Below, in pieces: positions 48,730-59,486 of a stretch of 64,000 nucleotides of DNA. Numbering within the stretch: position 1 is the first letter of the stretch; each line of letters opens with the position of its first letter. Below the pieces are notes generated by a model, which made no database searches, was not told the DNA's origin, and was given only the letters and a program-made list of their open reading frames with translations. Made by a program: the position numbers and the translations under genes. Source of the stretch: Gammaproteobacteria bacterium (GTDB lineage Bacteria > Pseudomonadota > Gammaproteobacteria > WOZS01); assembly GCA_011620135.1 (NCBI GenBank), contig WOZS01000011.1, positions 15,183-79,182 of the forward strand. The letters are read 5' to 3'.

Positions 48730-49950
48730 TCAGCCCATTCCTGATCCAGCCTGCACACCCGATGCCCTGGGTGTGGGGATCATCGTGTAAGGGCTGCAGG
48801 CCATATAGATCCTGTCATACAGGTGAGCGGCGCGTTCCGGCTGATCCAGCGCCTGATATAAATGGGCCAACGCAAGGCGCGCCGTGTCTGGTTCAAGTAT
48901 TTCTGATTCAAGCTGATCGTCCGGCAGCAACTGACGAGCCTGCTGGGGATTGCCTTCCTCCAGGGCCAGGCTGGCCCGCGCCAATCTGACTATGGCATGG
49001 GATGCCCATGCTCCGTGGGCCAGATTGTCGATCAAGGCAATGCGCTCGCTGATGGGCAGATGATGTGCAAAGGCAATCTGCAAGAAGATGTCCGGGAATG
49101 CTTGCGCTGCCTTTTGCTGCCGCAGCAAGCGGCGCAATAGGCTGGTTGCCTCCCTGGTTTCTCCGCAGGCCAGCAGGGCAAGGGCATAGTGGGCCTGCAG
49201 GATGGGGTTCTTGGACCATGTCGAGCGCAGCTGGGCCCACAGCTGCCGGACAGCCGCCAGCTCCCTTTTGGCCGCCAACTGCTGCAAAGCCTCCTGGAAG
49301 ACCGGGACCAGATGTCTTGCCATGTCCTTTGCCGAAAGGACGGCCGTATTTTGCAGTCGGCCGATCTCCTGGGCTGCGGCGATTATGTCACCGAGCTTCT
49401 CGTGGGCCAGGCTGCGCAGCAAGGTGGCCATGGGATCAGAGAGCGGGGTCCGCTCCAGGGTGGCCAGGCACTGTTGTGGTTGCCCGGTGAGTAACATGGT
49501 CTGAGCTTCCAGCAGTCTCAGGAGGCGCTCCCAGTCCACGGGTTTGATGGCGCCGGGAAGAGGATCGCTTGCAGCAGGTGCTCTCGCTGAGCTCGCAGCA
49601 AAGGGGGGACTGCCCAGCGGGTGGGGTAGCAGCAAGCGTTCCGCAGTGCGCCAATTACCCTCGGTGAGCTGTTGCACGCCCAGGCTCACCCTGCGCAGTT
49701 GGCGGCGATGGGCACGGCGTTGCCGCCATGTGGCCAGCCATGTGAGGCAGTGGCGCACCAGGCTCAGACAGGCTGCAACAGCCAAGAAGGCAAATATGGC
49801 CAGTATGAGCATGAGCACCAGGGTCACCAGGGACATCTCTATCTGCCAGTTGTCGTACAGCAGGATGAGCCTGCTTTGATGTTCCGTCAACAGGATGCCC
49901 AATGCGGAGCTGATGATCAGCAGAAGCAGCGCGAACAGGCCGGTTCTCAT
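48730..49950 (-). CDS. hemY: HemY-like protein (heme biosynthesis-associated TPR membrane protein)
   Basis: Two N-terminal TM helices plus a TPR-like region. Positioned after hemX as in the hemCDXY cluster. Confidence 0.7.
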   Translation of the reverse strand: MRTGLFALLLLIISSALGILLTEHQSRLILLYDNWQIEMSLVTLVLMLILAIFAFLAVAACLSLVRHCLTWLATWRQRRAHRRQLRRVSLGVQQLTEGNWRTAERLLLPHPLGSPPFAASSARAPAASDPLPGAIKPVDWERLLRLLEAQTMLLTGQPQQCLATLERTPLSDPMATLLRSLAHEKLGDIIAAAQEIGRLQNTAVLSAKDMARHLVPVFQEALQQLAAKRELAAVRQLWAQLRSTWSKNPILQAHYALALLACGETREATSLLRRLLRQQKAAQAFPDIFLQIAFAHHLPISERIALIDNLAHGAWASHAIVRLARASLALEEGNPQQARQLLPDDQLESEILEPDTARLALAHLYQALDQPERAAHLYDRIYMACSPYTMIPTPRASGVQAGSGMG

Positions 49951-51143
49951 TGGCTTTCCCCCTGCAGGCGTTCCATGGGGTGTTCAGGTGGGGAGGTCGT
50001 CCCGCTCCCTTGTTCCTGGAGGATATGCAAGAACCTTTCGAGAGGGCCATGAAGATCGGGCAACGTTGGCTCGAGGATCACGGTTTGCAGGGCAGCAATG
50101 TCCTGAAGTGCCTGTTGTACAGGGTGGCTTGTGGTATCCAGGGCCATGAGCAATGTCTGGCATTGAGCCAACTCTCCGACAAACAGGTGCTGATCACCGC
50201 GGGTGGCAGCCGAGGCCGCCAGTTGCAGGTGAAGGGCCAGACGCTCCCGGAGGTAGGGTTGTGCAGGCAGGGAGGTGCTGTCCAGCCGGGAGACAATGAC
50301 GGCGCGTTGCCATAATTCGGCGAGCTTGCGGCGCAGTATTTCCCAGCTCAGGCCGTTGTCTGGAGAAGGTTCTTGAGGTGAAGCTGGTTCGTGGTCAACG
50401 CCATGCAGCGTGCTTGCCTTCAATGGCCAGTTGTGGGCCTGTTGTGCCATCGCTGAAAGCCGCAGGGCAATGCCTGATGCATCAACCAGGGGCACTGCCT
50501 CCAATGCTGCCTTGTCCTGGGCGATGGTCTGGCGAACCGGCAGCCATCGCGGATCGCCAATGGCTGCCAACTGCGCATCAGCAAGGTCCAGGAGATGGAT
50601 GACCTGTTCGATATCCTGGGTCAGCACCAGTGTGACCTGGGCATTGCGCAACAGAAAGCCCACTTCCAGTAATCTCTGGCCATTGATGACCTCAGCGGTC
50701 GACGGCGCCGCGCCCTGTCGGGCAAGGCGGGCTGCCAGGCTCTTGTATTGGGCCTCCATGTTCTTGAGTTCCTCGCGAAGCTGATGGACCGTCTTGTCCA
50801 GAGGGCGTTGACGGTTTTGCAAGCTGGTCAGCTGGTTGTTGACCTGTTTGGAGAGGTGGTTGAACCGTGAGGCAAGGGATTTCTGTTGCTCGGCGGTTTG
50901 GTCGAGTGTTGCTTCCAGGCGGGGAAGGGCGCCGAGACGGTCTTGCAGCGATTGCTGTTGCTGCTGCATGATGTTCATGCGCCACCACAGCCATGCTCCA
51001 CCACCCATTGCCACCAGGGCAATCAGCAGCGCCCCGATGCTCAGGGAGAGGATCATGGCAAATCTGCCTCCAGGGGTTTTTGGACCGCTACCGACCTGTT
51101 TGCCCGAGGCATGCTCTGGGCGATCATCTGTATGTGGATTCAT
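49947..51143 (-). CDS. hemX: HemX-like membrane protein
   Basis: N-terminal TM helix and a long coiled-coil Gln-rich region. hemCDXY context. Confidence 0.65.
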   Translation of the reverse strand: MNPHTDDRPEHASGKQVGSGPKTPGGRFAMILSLSIGALLIALVAMGGGAWLWWRMNIMQQQQQSLQDRLGALPRLEATLDQTAEQQKSLASRFNHLSKQVNNQLTSLQNRQRPLDKTVHQLREELKNMEAQYKSLAARLARQGAAPSTAEVINGQRLLEVGFLLRNAQVTLVLTQDIEQVIHLLDLADAQLAAIGDPRWLPVRQTIAQDKAALEAVPLVDASGIALRLSAMAQQAHNWPLKASTLHGVDHEPASPQEPSPDNGLSWEILRRKLAELWQRAVIVSRLDSTSLPAQPYLRERLALHLQLAASAATRGDQHLFVGELAQCQTLLMALDTTSHPVQQALQDIAALQTVILEPTLPDLHGPLERFLHILQEQGSGTTSPPEHPMERLQGESQ

Positions 51144-51231
51144 TGGTCAACCCTTTGGACTATTCCTGGACATGAGGTGTGCAGGTTAGTAATGGCAGAA
51201 AAATCTCCTGGTGCTACCCGGCTGTGGCTGT

Positions 51232-52026
51232 TCATGATTTTTTGCTTTTCTTGCCCGGATCGCCAGTTTTGTTTTGCAGCCACCATGAACGCATGGCTTC
51301 GAGCATGGACCCCGGCATGGGGTCCTGGGCAATGATCATGGGGCCTCGATAATTGAGTCTTCTGGCATGGTCTGCCGTATTCTTGCTGAGCACGAGGAAA
51401 GGAAGCCGCAGCAGTCTGCCCCGCAGTTTTTTTGACGGCATGAGGTGCAGGAGGTTATCAAAAATCTCAGGACTTGTGGCCGTCACCAGATGCAGCGGCT
51501 TGTCGTCCCAGATGGCGCTGATCTCCTCTGGAGATACCGTGGGGCAGCGTCGTTCGTAGACCTCCAGATAGGACACCCTGGCGCCACGCCTGGCAAGCTC
51601 ATCACCCAGCAAGGGGCGGCCACCTTTGCCCCGAACGATGATGACCCGCTGGTTGCTGACATGCTCCTGGTCAAGCTGGGGCAATAACAAGACACCCTCG
51701 GTGCGCATCTGGGGGTCTGTGATAATCTGCTGAAAGCCTGCCGCCTGCAGGCACGTGGAGGTAGCAGCACCGATGGCGATCAGGGTATGGGGCATCGAGG
51801 ACAGGAGACCGGGCAGGCTGATGGCCAGGTAATTGACTGCGTTGGGACTGCAGAAAATCATGATATCCGCCCCGGCCACCTCTTCTTTCAGTTGGGAGAG
51901 TGGCACTGAAGTGGCCAGCGGCACGATTTTCATGGCAGGAAACAGGACGACCTCGCCACCTTCTCGCTCGATGGCAGAGGCCAGGACATCCCTTTGCCCA
52001 GATGGCCCTACCGGTTTGGTGATCAT
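51232..52026 (-). CDS. hemD: uroporphyrinogen-III synthase
   Basis: HEM4 fold. Start chosen at MITKPVG by alignment to the E. coli HemD N-terminus. Confidence 0.7.
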   Translation of the reverse strand: MITKPVGPSGQRDVLASAIEREGGEVVLFPAMKIVPLATSVPLSQLKEEVAGADIMIFCSPNAVNYLAISLPGLLSSMPHTLIAIGAATSTCLQAAGFQQIITDPQMRTEGVLLLPQLDQEHVSNQRVIIVRGKGGRPLLGDELARRGARVSYLEVYERRCPTVSPEEISAIWDDKPLHLVTATSPEIFDNLLHLMPSKKLRGRLLRLPFLVLSKNTADHARRLNYRGPMIIAQDPMPGSMLEAMRSWWLQNKTGDPGKKSKKS

Positions 52027-52069
52027 GATGCGGGCCCCTTGCAGAGGGTGCTCCGGGGAGAAGTGATCC

Positions 52070-53044
52070 TCAGGTGAGTTGATGACTGCCATGGAGTACC
52101 TGCGCTGCGCCGGCGCGCAAGAAATCCTCGGCCAGGTCATCCCCCAGGGCAATGGCCTGGCTTGCCGGGCCAGAACGGCTCAGGCGAATGCTTTTTCCCC
52201 CATCCGGGGTGGCGACCCAGCCATGCAGCTCCAGCGCCTGACCTGTGAGCGTGGTTGAGCAAAGCGCATAGGCAGCCAAAGCCGAACGGCAATCAGCACC
52301 CAACCGCGCGGCAAAGGTTCTTTCCGCGGTGGTGCGCTGTCGTGCCTCAGGTTCATCAAGCAATTTGAGGAGCTGGAGCATCGGCTCATCATCGCTGCGG
52401 CACTGCAGGGCAAGCACGCCTTGGCACGGTGCCGGCAGCCATTGCATCACCTCGAGAAAGTGCATGTTGTCTATGGTGAGATTGATGTTGGCGGGACCCA
52501 GACGCTGCAACCCTGCGGCAGCAAGGACGATGGCATCGCACGAACCCTCGAACAGCCTGCGCAGTCTCGTGCCCACATTGCCTCGCAATGGCATGACGCA
52601 CAGGTCCGGCCTGGCGGCGAGCAGCTGCGCCCGGCGACGCAGGCTGTTGGTGCCGATCACGGCTGCATGAGGGAGTTGGCTCAGGGAAAACCCTTCTTTG
52701 GAGATCAGCACATCACGAGGATCTTCTGGATCGTGGACGGCGGCTATGGTCAGACCAGCCGTTTCCGTAAACGGCACATCCTTGAGCGAATGCACCGCCA
52801 GGCGACAATGTCCGCTCAGCAGGGATTCTTCGATCTCCTTGAGAAAAAGGCCCTTCCCGGTTATGTTGGGATCTTCTTTGGGCCCTATATGGTCGCCCTG
52901 GGTTTGCATAGGCTGAATGTGCACGTCGAGCTGTGGGGCGGCCCGCTGCAGTTGGTGCTGGACGATGCTGGCCTGCCGCATGGCCAGGGGGCTGGCTCGT
53001 GTGGCAAGAAGCACGGGTTGCGCTGTATCTGCCTGATGCTTCAA
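52070..53044 (-). CDS. hemC: hydroxymethylbilane synthase (porphobilinogen deaminase)
   Basis: ATRASPLAMRQA, GGKGLFLKE and SLRRRAQL motifs match HemC. Confidence 0.85.
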   Translation of the reverse strand: MKHQADTAQPVLLATRASPLAMRQASIVQHQLQRAAPQLDVHIQPMQTQGDHIGPKEDPNITGKGLFLKEIEESLLSGHCRLAVHSLKDVPFTETAGLTIAAVHDPEDPRDVLISKEGFSLSQLPHAAVIGTNSLRRRAQLLAARPDLCVMPLRGNVGTRLRRLFEGSCDAIVLAAAGLQRLGPANINLTIDNMHFLEVMQWLPAPCQGVLALQCRSDDEPMLQLLKLLDEPEARQRTTAERTFAARLGADCRSALAAYALCSTTLTGQALELHGWVATPDGGKSIRLSRSGPASQAIALGDDLAEDFLRAGAAQVLHGSHQLT

Positions 53045-53691
53045 GGGTGTGGTTGTGCGTGCTTTGCCTGGCTGCGCTGCAGCAGGTCATCCATGACCTG
53101 AAAAAAGCGCTCTTCATTGCCTACCATGGAGGGGCTGGTGATGTAGCGCTCAGCCACAAGAAAAGTGGGGACGCCATCGATGCCCAGGCGTTCAGCGGTT
53201 TGAGTGGCTTCCTGCAGTTTGATGTTGACGCCAAAGGAATGGAAGGTGCTGTCGAATGCCTGCCCTTCAAAGCCCTGGCCAATGAAAAACGCACGCAGTT
53301 TGGCTTCATTTTCCAAGCGATTGCCCTGCTGATGGATGGCCTGAAACATGGCCTGGTGAAAGTCTTCGGTGGCGCCAAGAGCCTGGGCGGTGTAATAAGC
53401 CCGGGCATGCAGTGCCCACAACCCGCCAAAGGCAGCAGGCATGCGCTCGAAGAGGATCTGGTCCTGATGCGCCTTGCGCCATGCAGCCAGGCTCGTTTCA
53501 AGCTCATAGCAATGCGGGCAGCCATACCAGAAAAACTCTATCACATGGACCTTGCCCGGGCTTGGCGGGGGCGCGTTGGCGAGGGTGCGATAGGAAACCC
53601 CTTCCTGTGCGATGGCACTTGTGGCGCAGCACAAGGCCATCATGCATAGCAGGCTTGCCTGCAAGGTGCGACGCAGGATCGATGCAATCAT
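53041..53691 (-). CDS. dsbA: thiol:disulfide interchange protein DsbA
   Basis: Signal peptide and the FFWYGCPHCYELE active site (CPHC). Confidence 0.8.
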   Translation of the reverse strand: MIASILRRTLQASLLCMMALCCATSAIAQEGVSYRTLANAPPPSPGKVHVIEFFWYGCPHCYELETSLAAWRKAHQDQILFERMPAAFGGLWALHARAYYTAQALGATEDFHQAMFQAIHQQGNRLENEAKLRAFFIGQGFEGQAFDSTFHSFGVNIKLQEATQTAERLGIDGVPTFLVAERYITSPSMVGNEERFFQVMDDLLQRSQAKHAQPHP

Positions 53692-54371
53692 TGCAGATCA
53701 GCTGGACGAAGGGCTTGCAACCCTTGTACATAGGATGACACAGCCTCGATGTCCTGATCGGTAAGAGCTTTGGCAACGCCAGCCATGATCTTGGCCTGGG
53801 CTGTCCCCGATCGGCTGCCATCACGATAAGCGCGCAATTGCAATGCGATATAGGGAGTATTCTGCCCAGCCAACCGCGGGAAGGCGGCTGGCGCATTGCC
53901 GGATCCATCGGGCCCATGGCATCCTGCGCAGGCCGGCGTGCCCGTCTGGGTCTTGCCAGCCCGATACAATGACCTGCCCTGATCGACCTGGGCGGGATTG
54001 GCTAGGGCCGACTTAGCCGGCAGGCCGGCAAAATAATTGGCGATCTGGATCATATCCTCTGGGGTCAGGGGAGCTACATTGCCAGCCATGATCGGATTGG
54101 CGCGCTGACCGGTCTTGTAGTCCTGCAGTTGCTGTTGCAGGTACTTGGCATGCTGCCCGGCGAGATTGGGCCAGATGGGGTTGATGCTGTTGCCGTCCGG
54201 GCCGTGGCAGGCAGCGCAGACGGCAGCCTTGGCAGGAGGTGTGTTATTGCCGTGTTGGGCAGGTGTTACCGGTTGGGCGAGGGCGAGATCACCAAAGAGA
54301 GCCAGGCCCAAAACCACCAAAGGCCACCTGCCCAGATACTGCTGGTACCTATTCCATCTATTCCATAACAT
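53688..54371 (-). CDS. cytochrome c4 (diheme)
   Basis: Two CxxCH motifs (CAACHG, CAGCHG) in two about 90-aa repeats, plus a signal peptide. The ORF extends to 54398. Confidence 0.8.
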   Translation of the reverse strand: MLWNRWNRYQQYLGRWPLVVLGLALFGDLALAQPVTPAQHGNNTPPAKAAVCAACHGPDGNSINPIWPNLAGQHAKYLQQQLQDYKTGQRANPIMAGNVAPLTPEDMIQIANYFAGLPAKSALANPAQVDQGRSLYRAGKTQTGTPACAGCHGPDGSGNAPAAFPRLAGQNTPYIALQLRAYRDGSRSGTAQAKIMAGVAKALTDQDIEAVSSYVQGLQALRPADLQ

Positions 54372-54607
54372 GGATAACCATCCTATCACGATCATCAAGC
54401 TCTCTCACCAAGCTAAGCCCATGGTACCGCACCTGGATGCACAGACGACATCCAGACTGACAGCACATGGCCTCTCAATCCGCAGATGGGCTCGCGCCTT
54501 CTCCAGGATATCGTCCAACCGCAAAGCATGAGCACTATACTGCAAACCCAGGCTTATTGTACAATGGCCAGCCTGGTTGGGAGCATGGCAAGGGGCGTCA
54601 TGGGTGT

Positions 54608-55600
54608 ATGCTGCGCGTATCGAATTTAAGTAAAAATTATGGATCACGGCTTGCGGTGGCCGGGCTTTCCTTTGCGGTGGGTCGGGGTGAGGTATTGGGG
54701 TTGCTTGGGCCGAACGGTGCTGGCAAATCAACCACCATGAAGATCATCGCTGGCTTTCTGGCCCCTTCTGCAGGTACCGTGCATGTGGGCGACGTGGACA
54801 TGAGCCGCCAGCCGATCATTGCCAAGCGCCAGATCGGCTATCTGGCCGAGGGCGCGCCCGCCTACCAGGAGATGACGACCCTGGGGTTCTTGCGTTTTGT
54901 CGCCGCGGCACGAGGACTGAAAGGAGCGCACATCGACCGGGCCGTTAGGCGCATGGTGGAACTCATCCACTTGGAACAGGTGATTCATCAGACCATCGAG
55001 ACCCTGTCGAAGGGATTCCGGCGTCGGGTTGGGCTGGCCCAGGCGCTCCTGCATGATGCGCCCATCCTGATTCTCGACGAACCAACCGATGGTCTTGATC
55101 CCAATCAGAAGTACGAGGTGCGTTCACTAATCCGAGACATGGCTGCGGACAAGGCCATTGTCCTCTCCACCCATCTTCTGGAAGAGGTGGATGCCCTGTG
55201 TACCCGTGCCCTGGTGGTGGCTGCAGGAAGAATCGTTGCCGATGGTACGCCGCTGGCCCTGAGGGCCCGTTCGCGCTGGCACAATGCGGTGACCATGATT
55301 GTCGAAGGGGAGGCCGCGGAAACCCTGCGTCCGCACCTGAATGCCCAGTTTGGGGATCAGAGAGTGGAGATACAACCCACCAGCCTCGAGGTGACAGCCA
55401 CGCCTGTCCCGGCAATGGCCATCACGGTGTTCGCCGCTCCCGACGAGCTTGGCAAAGGGTTGTCGCCGCAGCATGTGGCCGAGGCGCTGCAATCCATGGG
55501 GCGCAACCAAGGCTGGCGTACCCTGGGTCTGTACGTGGATCCCGGGCGGCTGGATGATGTGTTTCGTGATCTCACCATCCGGGCTCAGGAGCGTACATGA
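54608..55600 (+). CDS. ABC transporter ATP-binding protein (GldA-like)
   Basis: Start at MLRVSNLSKNYG. Walker A GPNGAGKST, signature LSKGFRRR and Walker B ILILDEP. Confidence 0.8.
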   Translation: MLRVSNLSKNYGSRLAVAGLSFAVGRGEVLGLLGPNGAGKSTTMKIIAGFLAPSAGTVHVGDVDMSRQPIIAKRQIGYLAEGAPAYQEMTTLGFLRFVAAARGLKGAHIDRAVRRMVELIHLEQVIHQTIETLSKGFRRRVGLAQALLHDAPILILDEPTDGLDPNQKYEVRSLIRDMAADKAIVLSTHLLEEVDALCTRALVVAAGRIVADGTPLALRARSRWHNAVTMIVEGEAAETLRPHLNAQFGDQRVEIQPTSLEVTATPVPAMAITVFAAPDELGKGLSPQHVAEALQSMGRNQGWRTLGLYVDPGRLDDVFRDLTIRAQERT

Positions 55601-55639
55601 TGGTCAACATGATCTGCAGCAGGTAGCAGCAGGTAATTG

Positions 55640-56390
55640 GGAGGGATTGATGCGCATCGCACCTGTGGCTCTCATAGCCAAGCGAGAGCTGATAAGCTAC
55701 TTCACTACGCCCATCGCTTATGTTTTCCTGACGATTTTTCTGGCTCTGAATGGCGTGTTTGGCTTTTATCTCGGCAATTTCATCGCTCGTGACCAGGCCG
55801 ATCTGGATGCCTTTTTTCAGTTTCACCCCTGGCTCTACCTGGTGCTGATCCCTGCTTTGAGCATGCGATTGTGGGCAGAGGAGCGTCGCAGTGGCAGTCT
55901 GGAGCTGCTGTTGACGCTGCCTGTATCAACGGCTGAATGTGTGCTGGGCAAGTTTCTGGCCGCCTGGTCCTTTACCCTGCTCGCCTTGGCGGGAACACTG
56001 CCAATGTGGGTGACGGTCAATTATCTGGGGCAACCCGATAACGGAGCCATTGCGGCGGCCTATGTCGGCAGTTTTCTGTTGGCCGGTGCCATTCTGGCGG
56101 TGGGCTGTTGCCTTTCGGCGGTCACCAAGAATCAGGTGGTTGCCTTCATCGCCACGGCAGTGGTCTGTCTCGCCGTGATGCTGCTGGGCTTTCATGTGGT
56201 CATCGACACCATTGAAGGCATGCTGCCCAGCATGCTGGTGGATGTCATCACGACACAGAGCTTTTTCATGCATTTCAATAGCATCAGGCGGGGCGTGGTG
56301 TCGGGTCCTGATTTGCTGTTTTTCCTGACCACGATCGTCTTTTGGCTCTATGCCAATGTGGTCGTCATAGAATACAAGAAATCTGATTAA
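55640..56390 (+). CDS. ABC-2 family permease (GldF-like)
   Basis: 250 aa with six TM helices. GAGGGA Shine-Dalgarno before the ATG. Confidence 0.75.
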
Positions 56391-56429
56391 TACATATTGA
56401 TTTAATTCATACGAAAGGATGCATGGTAC

Positions 56430-58382
56430 ATGAAACGCACCCTGTTTTCTGGTATGGCTGTCATCCTGGTGGCGATTTGTCTGGCAGCCATCAATGTGGC
56501 AGGCAAGGAGGTGCTGCGGGATTGGCGCCTGGATATGACTGAATCCAAGCTCTATACCCTGTCATCCGGCACCGAGGCCATCTTGCGAGGTCTGGATGAA
56601 CCGGTGACATTGCGTCTGTTTTATTCCAAGAGCCTGGAAGCCCAGGTCCCGGGTTTGCAGGCATTTGCTGATCGAGTCGTGGATCTCCTGCAGGAATACA
56701 AGCGCCAGGCTCCTCACAAGATACGCTTGCTGATCCTGGACCCAAAACCCTATACCGAGGTGGAAGACCAGGCGGTATCCTACGGCTTGAGTGGAGTGCC
56801 TCTGGGAGATGGCACGCGCTTTTATTTTGGTTTGGTGGCCAGCAACACTACGGATGGCCAGGAGATCATCCCCTTCGTGCAGCCCGAGCGGGAAGCGCTG
56901 CTGGAATATGATATCAGTCGCATGATTGATGGCCTATCAAGGAAAAAGAAAACGAAGGTTGGTCTTCTGACCACGCTGCCCATGGCAGGGGGCATGCAGG
57001 GGATGCAGGGGATGATGAATCCGGCGGCGGCTCGTCCCTGGCTCATCTATGAGCAGCTGCTGTCCGCCTTCGATGTGCAATCCATTGAACCCACTGCTGA
57101 AACCATCGATCCAACCATCGACACCTTGGTCTTGGTGCAGCCCGAGCAACTGAAGCCAGCGATGCTCTATGCCCTGGATCAGTTTGTGCTGCGGGGCGGG
57201 CGCCTGCTTGCCTTCATCGATCCTTTTTCCGAGCTGTCCAGGAGACCGTCCCAGCTCGATGCCTTGTCACCATTGTTGCGAGCCTGGGGGGTCCAGATTC
57301 CCAAGGACAAGATAGCCGGGGATCTGGATGCCGCCGTACGGACACAGGCCCTTGTGGAAGGGCGATACGAGGTCATGCCCAATCCGACGCAGCTGGAGTT
57401 GACTGGCAGCATGCTGAATCGCCACGACCCCATCACCGGCCGTATCGAGAATGTCATGGTAGCCAGCGCTGGCTTCATCGAAGCCGCCCCAGGGGCTTCC
57501 ACCACCATGACACCATTGCTGCGGACCAGTCCGCGTGGAGCTGCCCTGGATGCCAGCATGCTTGGCCCCATGAATAACCCAGGTGACTTGCTGCAGCAAT
57601 ACCAGGGTCAGGCAAAACGTCGCCTGACCCTGGCTGCACGGGTACATGGTCCGATCAAGACCGCCTTTCCCGATGGCCCCCCTGCATCCAGTGAGAAGCA
57701 GGCGGAGCATGTTTCCGGTCGGGAAATGCCTGGAGCCCCCAGTTCGTCAGGGGATGGTGCCGGGGCCGACCCAGCCAAACCGCCGGCTTCGGGGAAACAG
57801 ACAACGACAGGCCACCTCGAGATGGTGCTGATCGCCGATTCTGATCTGCTGCGCAATGAACTCTGGGTACAGGTGCAATCCTTTTTTGGGCAGGACCTGA
57901 TCAGTCAGTCAGCCGCCAATGGCCCTCTGGTGCTCAATGCCATGGAAAATCTGAGTGGCAGCTCCAACCTGATCGGTCTGCGCAGTCGCGGCCAGTCCCG
58001 CAGACCTTTCGAACGGGTGCATCATCTGGAGAACGAGGCCAGGAGTCAGGTTTCCCAGCAGATCGCTCTCCTGCAAAAAGAACTTCAGGAAACAGAAAAG
58101 CAGCTCAACGCCTTGCAATCCGGTGGCCAGGAAGGTTCATTGGTGCTCAATGAGGCGCAGCGCACGGAGCTCGAGCGTTTCCGTAAGCGCCAGGTGGCCA
58201 TACGCCGGGAACTGCGTGAGACGCAGCGCCTCCTGCGGGCCAGGGTGGAGCGGTTGGAAGCAACCCTGAAGGCCATCAACATCCTTGGTGGACCAGCGGT
58301 GGTTGGGGTGATGGGCCTGGTTGTCGCTTTGTCCAGACGCCGCCGTTCCAGGCAGTTCATGAACAAGGGGTCTGCCCCATGA
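56430..58382 (+). CDS. GldG-like ABC-transporter auxiliary protein
   Basis: 650 aa with an N-terminal TM helix, a large periplasmic region, a C-terminal coiled-coil and a TM anchor. Has the same architecture as GldG. Confidence 0.65.
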   Translation: MKRTLFSGMAVILVAICLAAINVAGKEVLRDWRLDMTESKLYTLSSGTEAILRGLDEPVTLRLFYSKSLEAQVPGLQAFADRVVDLLQEYKRQAPHKIRLLILDPKPYTEVEDQAVSYGLSGVPLGDGTRFYFGLVASNTTDGQEIIPFVQPEREALLEYDISRMIDGLSRKKKTKVGLLTTLPMAGGMQGMQGMMNPAAARPWLIYEQLLSAFDVQSIEPTAETIDPTIDTLVLVQPEQLKPAMLYALDQFVLRGGRLLAFIDPFSELSRRPSQLDALSPLLRAWGVQIPKDKIAGDLDAAVRTQALVEGRYEVMPNPTQLELTGSMLNRHDPITGRIENVMVASAGFIEAAPGASTTMTPLLRTSPRGAALDASMLGPMNNPGDLLQQYQGQAKRRLTLAARVHGPIKTAFPDGPPASSEKQAEHVSGREMPGAPSSSGDGAGADPAKPPASGKQTTTGHLEMVLIADSDLLRNELWVQVQSFFGQDLISQSAANGPLVLNAMENLSGSSNLIGLRSRGQSRRPFERVHHLENEARSQVSQQIALLQKELQETEKQLNALQSGGQEGSLVLNEAQRTELERFRKRQVAIRRELRETQRLLRARVERLEATLKAINILGGPAVVGVMGLVVALSRRRRSRQFMNKGSAP

Positions 58383-59485
58383 GGCGCGGCAATCTCTACA
58401 TTCTGGCGGCCATTGCCGTGATCTCCGTGCTGTTGGCCTGGTATGTAGGCAGGACGCCCCAGGAAACCATTCAGCAAAGCGGTCAGCCTGTGCTTCCTGA
58501 TTTTCTGAAGACCTTCTCGAAGGCGCGCCGTATCGTATTGCGCAGCCATGAAGGCATCGTGACCCTGGTCGCCAGGGAAGAGGGTCATTCCTGGCAGGTA
58601 CAGGAGCGCTTCGGTTATGCCGCCGATCTGGGCAAACTGAGGGCCCTGCGTGATGGCTGGGCGGCTCTTGAGGTGATCGAGCCAAAGACATCCCGGCCGG
58701 AACATTTCAATGATCTCGACCTGACCGATCTCGCGGACCCCCAATCCAAAGCATTGCAAGTGCAGCTCATGGATGAACAGGGGGCAACCCTCATGGATTG
58801 GCTTGTGGGCAAGCACCGTTTTATTCCAGGTGGCGGGGAACAGCAGGATTATTATGTGCGCCGCACCCAGGAGCATGCCACATGGCTGGTGCGCGGTGCT
58901 CTCCCTTTGGAGACGAAGCCTGAGCAATGGCTCGACCCCCAGGTCGTGGATATCGCTGCGGATCGTGTCCTGGCTGTTCATCTCATGAATGCCGGACTGA
59001 CGGTCAAGCCGCGGGATGCTGTCTCCGTGGAGGTGGCGGGGCTTGCTGCGGGAGAGGAGGTCATCTCGCAATATACATTCAGCAATCTTGTGGAGACCTT
59101 GCGGACTATTCAACTCAATGATGTGTTGCCCGCCAAGGAGATACCGTCTGATCCAATACCATTGGCTCGCTTTCAGTTGGATACCAAGGATGGGTTACGC
59201 ATCGATTATCGCCTTGTGTCGCATGGAGAAAAGAAATACATGGTGCTCAGGGCTGAGGTGATCGAACAGCAGGTCCCGCCAGCAACGCCCCCAGCCACAG
59301 CACCGGACAAGGCAGGGAGTGGCCAGCAGCATGAGGTACAGGGCTTGTCCGTGGGAGAGCAGGCAAAGGCTCTCAATACCCGCTGGGAACCATGGGCATT
59401 TGAGCTAAGATCCTATGATGCCACCAAGTTGTTGCGGGAACGCAAGGACATGGTACGCAAGGCACAGCAACAACCCAGGAGGTAG
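58379..59485 (+). CDS. DUF4340-like protein
   Basis: N-terminal TM helix followed by a periplasmic domain. This is the usual partner of GldG-like genes. ATGA overlap with the preceding gene. Confidence 0.55.
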   Translation: MRRGNLYILAAIAVISVLLAWYVGRTPQETIQQSGQPVLPDFLKTFSKARRIVLRSHEGIVTLVAREEGHSWQVQERFGYAADLGKLRALRDGWAALEVIEPKTSRPEHFNDLDLTDLADPQSKALQVQLMDEQGATLMDWLVGKHRFIPGGGEQQDYYVRRTQEHATWLVRGALPLETKPEQWLDPQVVDIAADRVLAVHLMNAGLTVKPRDAVSVEVAGLAAGEEVISQYTFSNLVETLRTIQLNDVLPAKEIPSDPIPLARFQLDTKDGLRIDYRLVSHGEKKYMVLRAEVIEQQVPPATPPATAPDKAGSGQQHEVQGLSVGEQAKALNTRWEPWAFELRSYDATKLLRERKDMVRKAQQQPRR

Positions 59486-59486
59486 C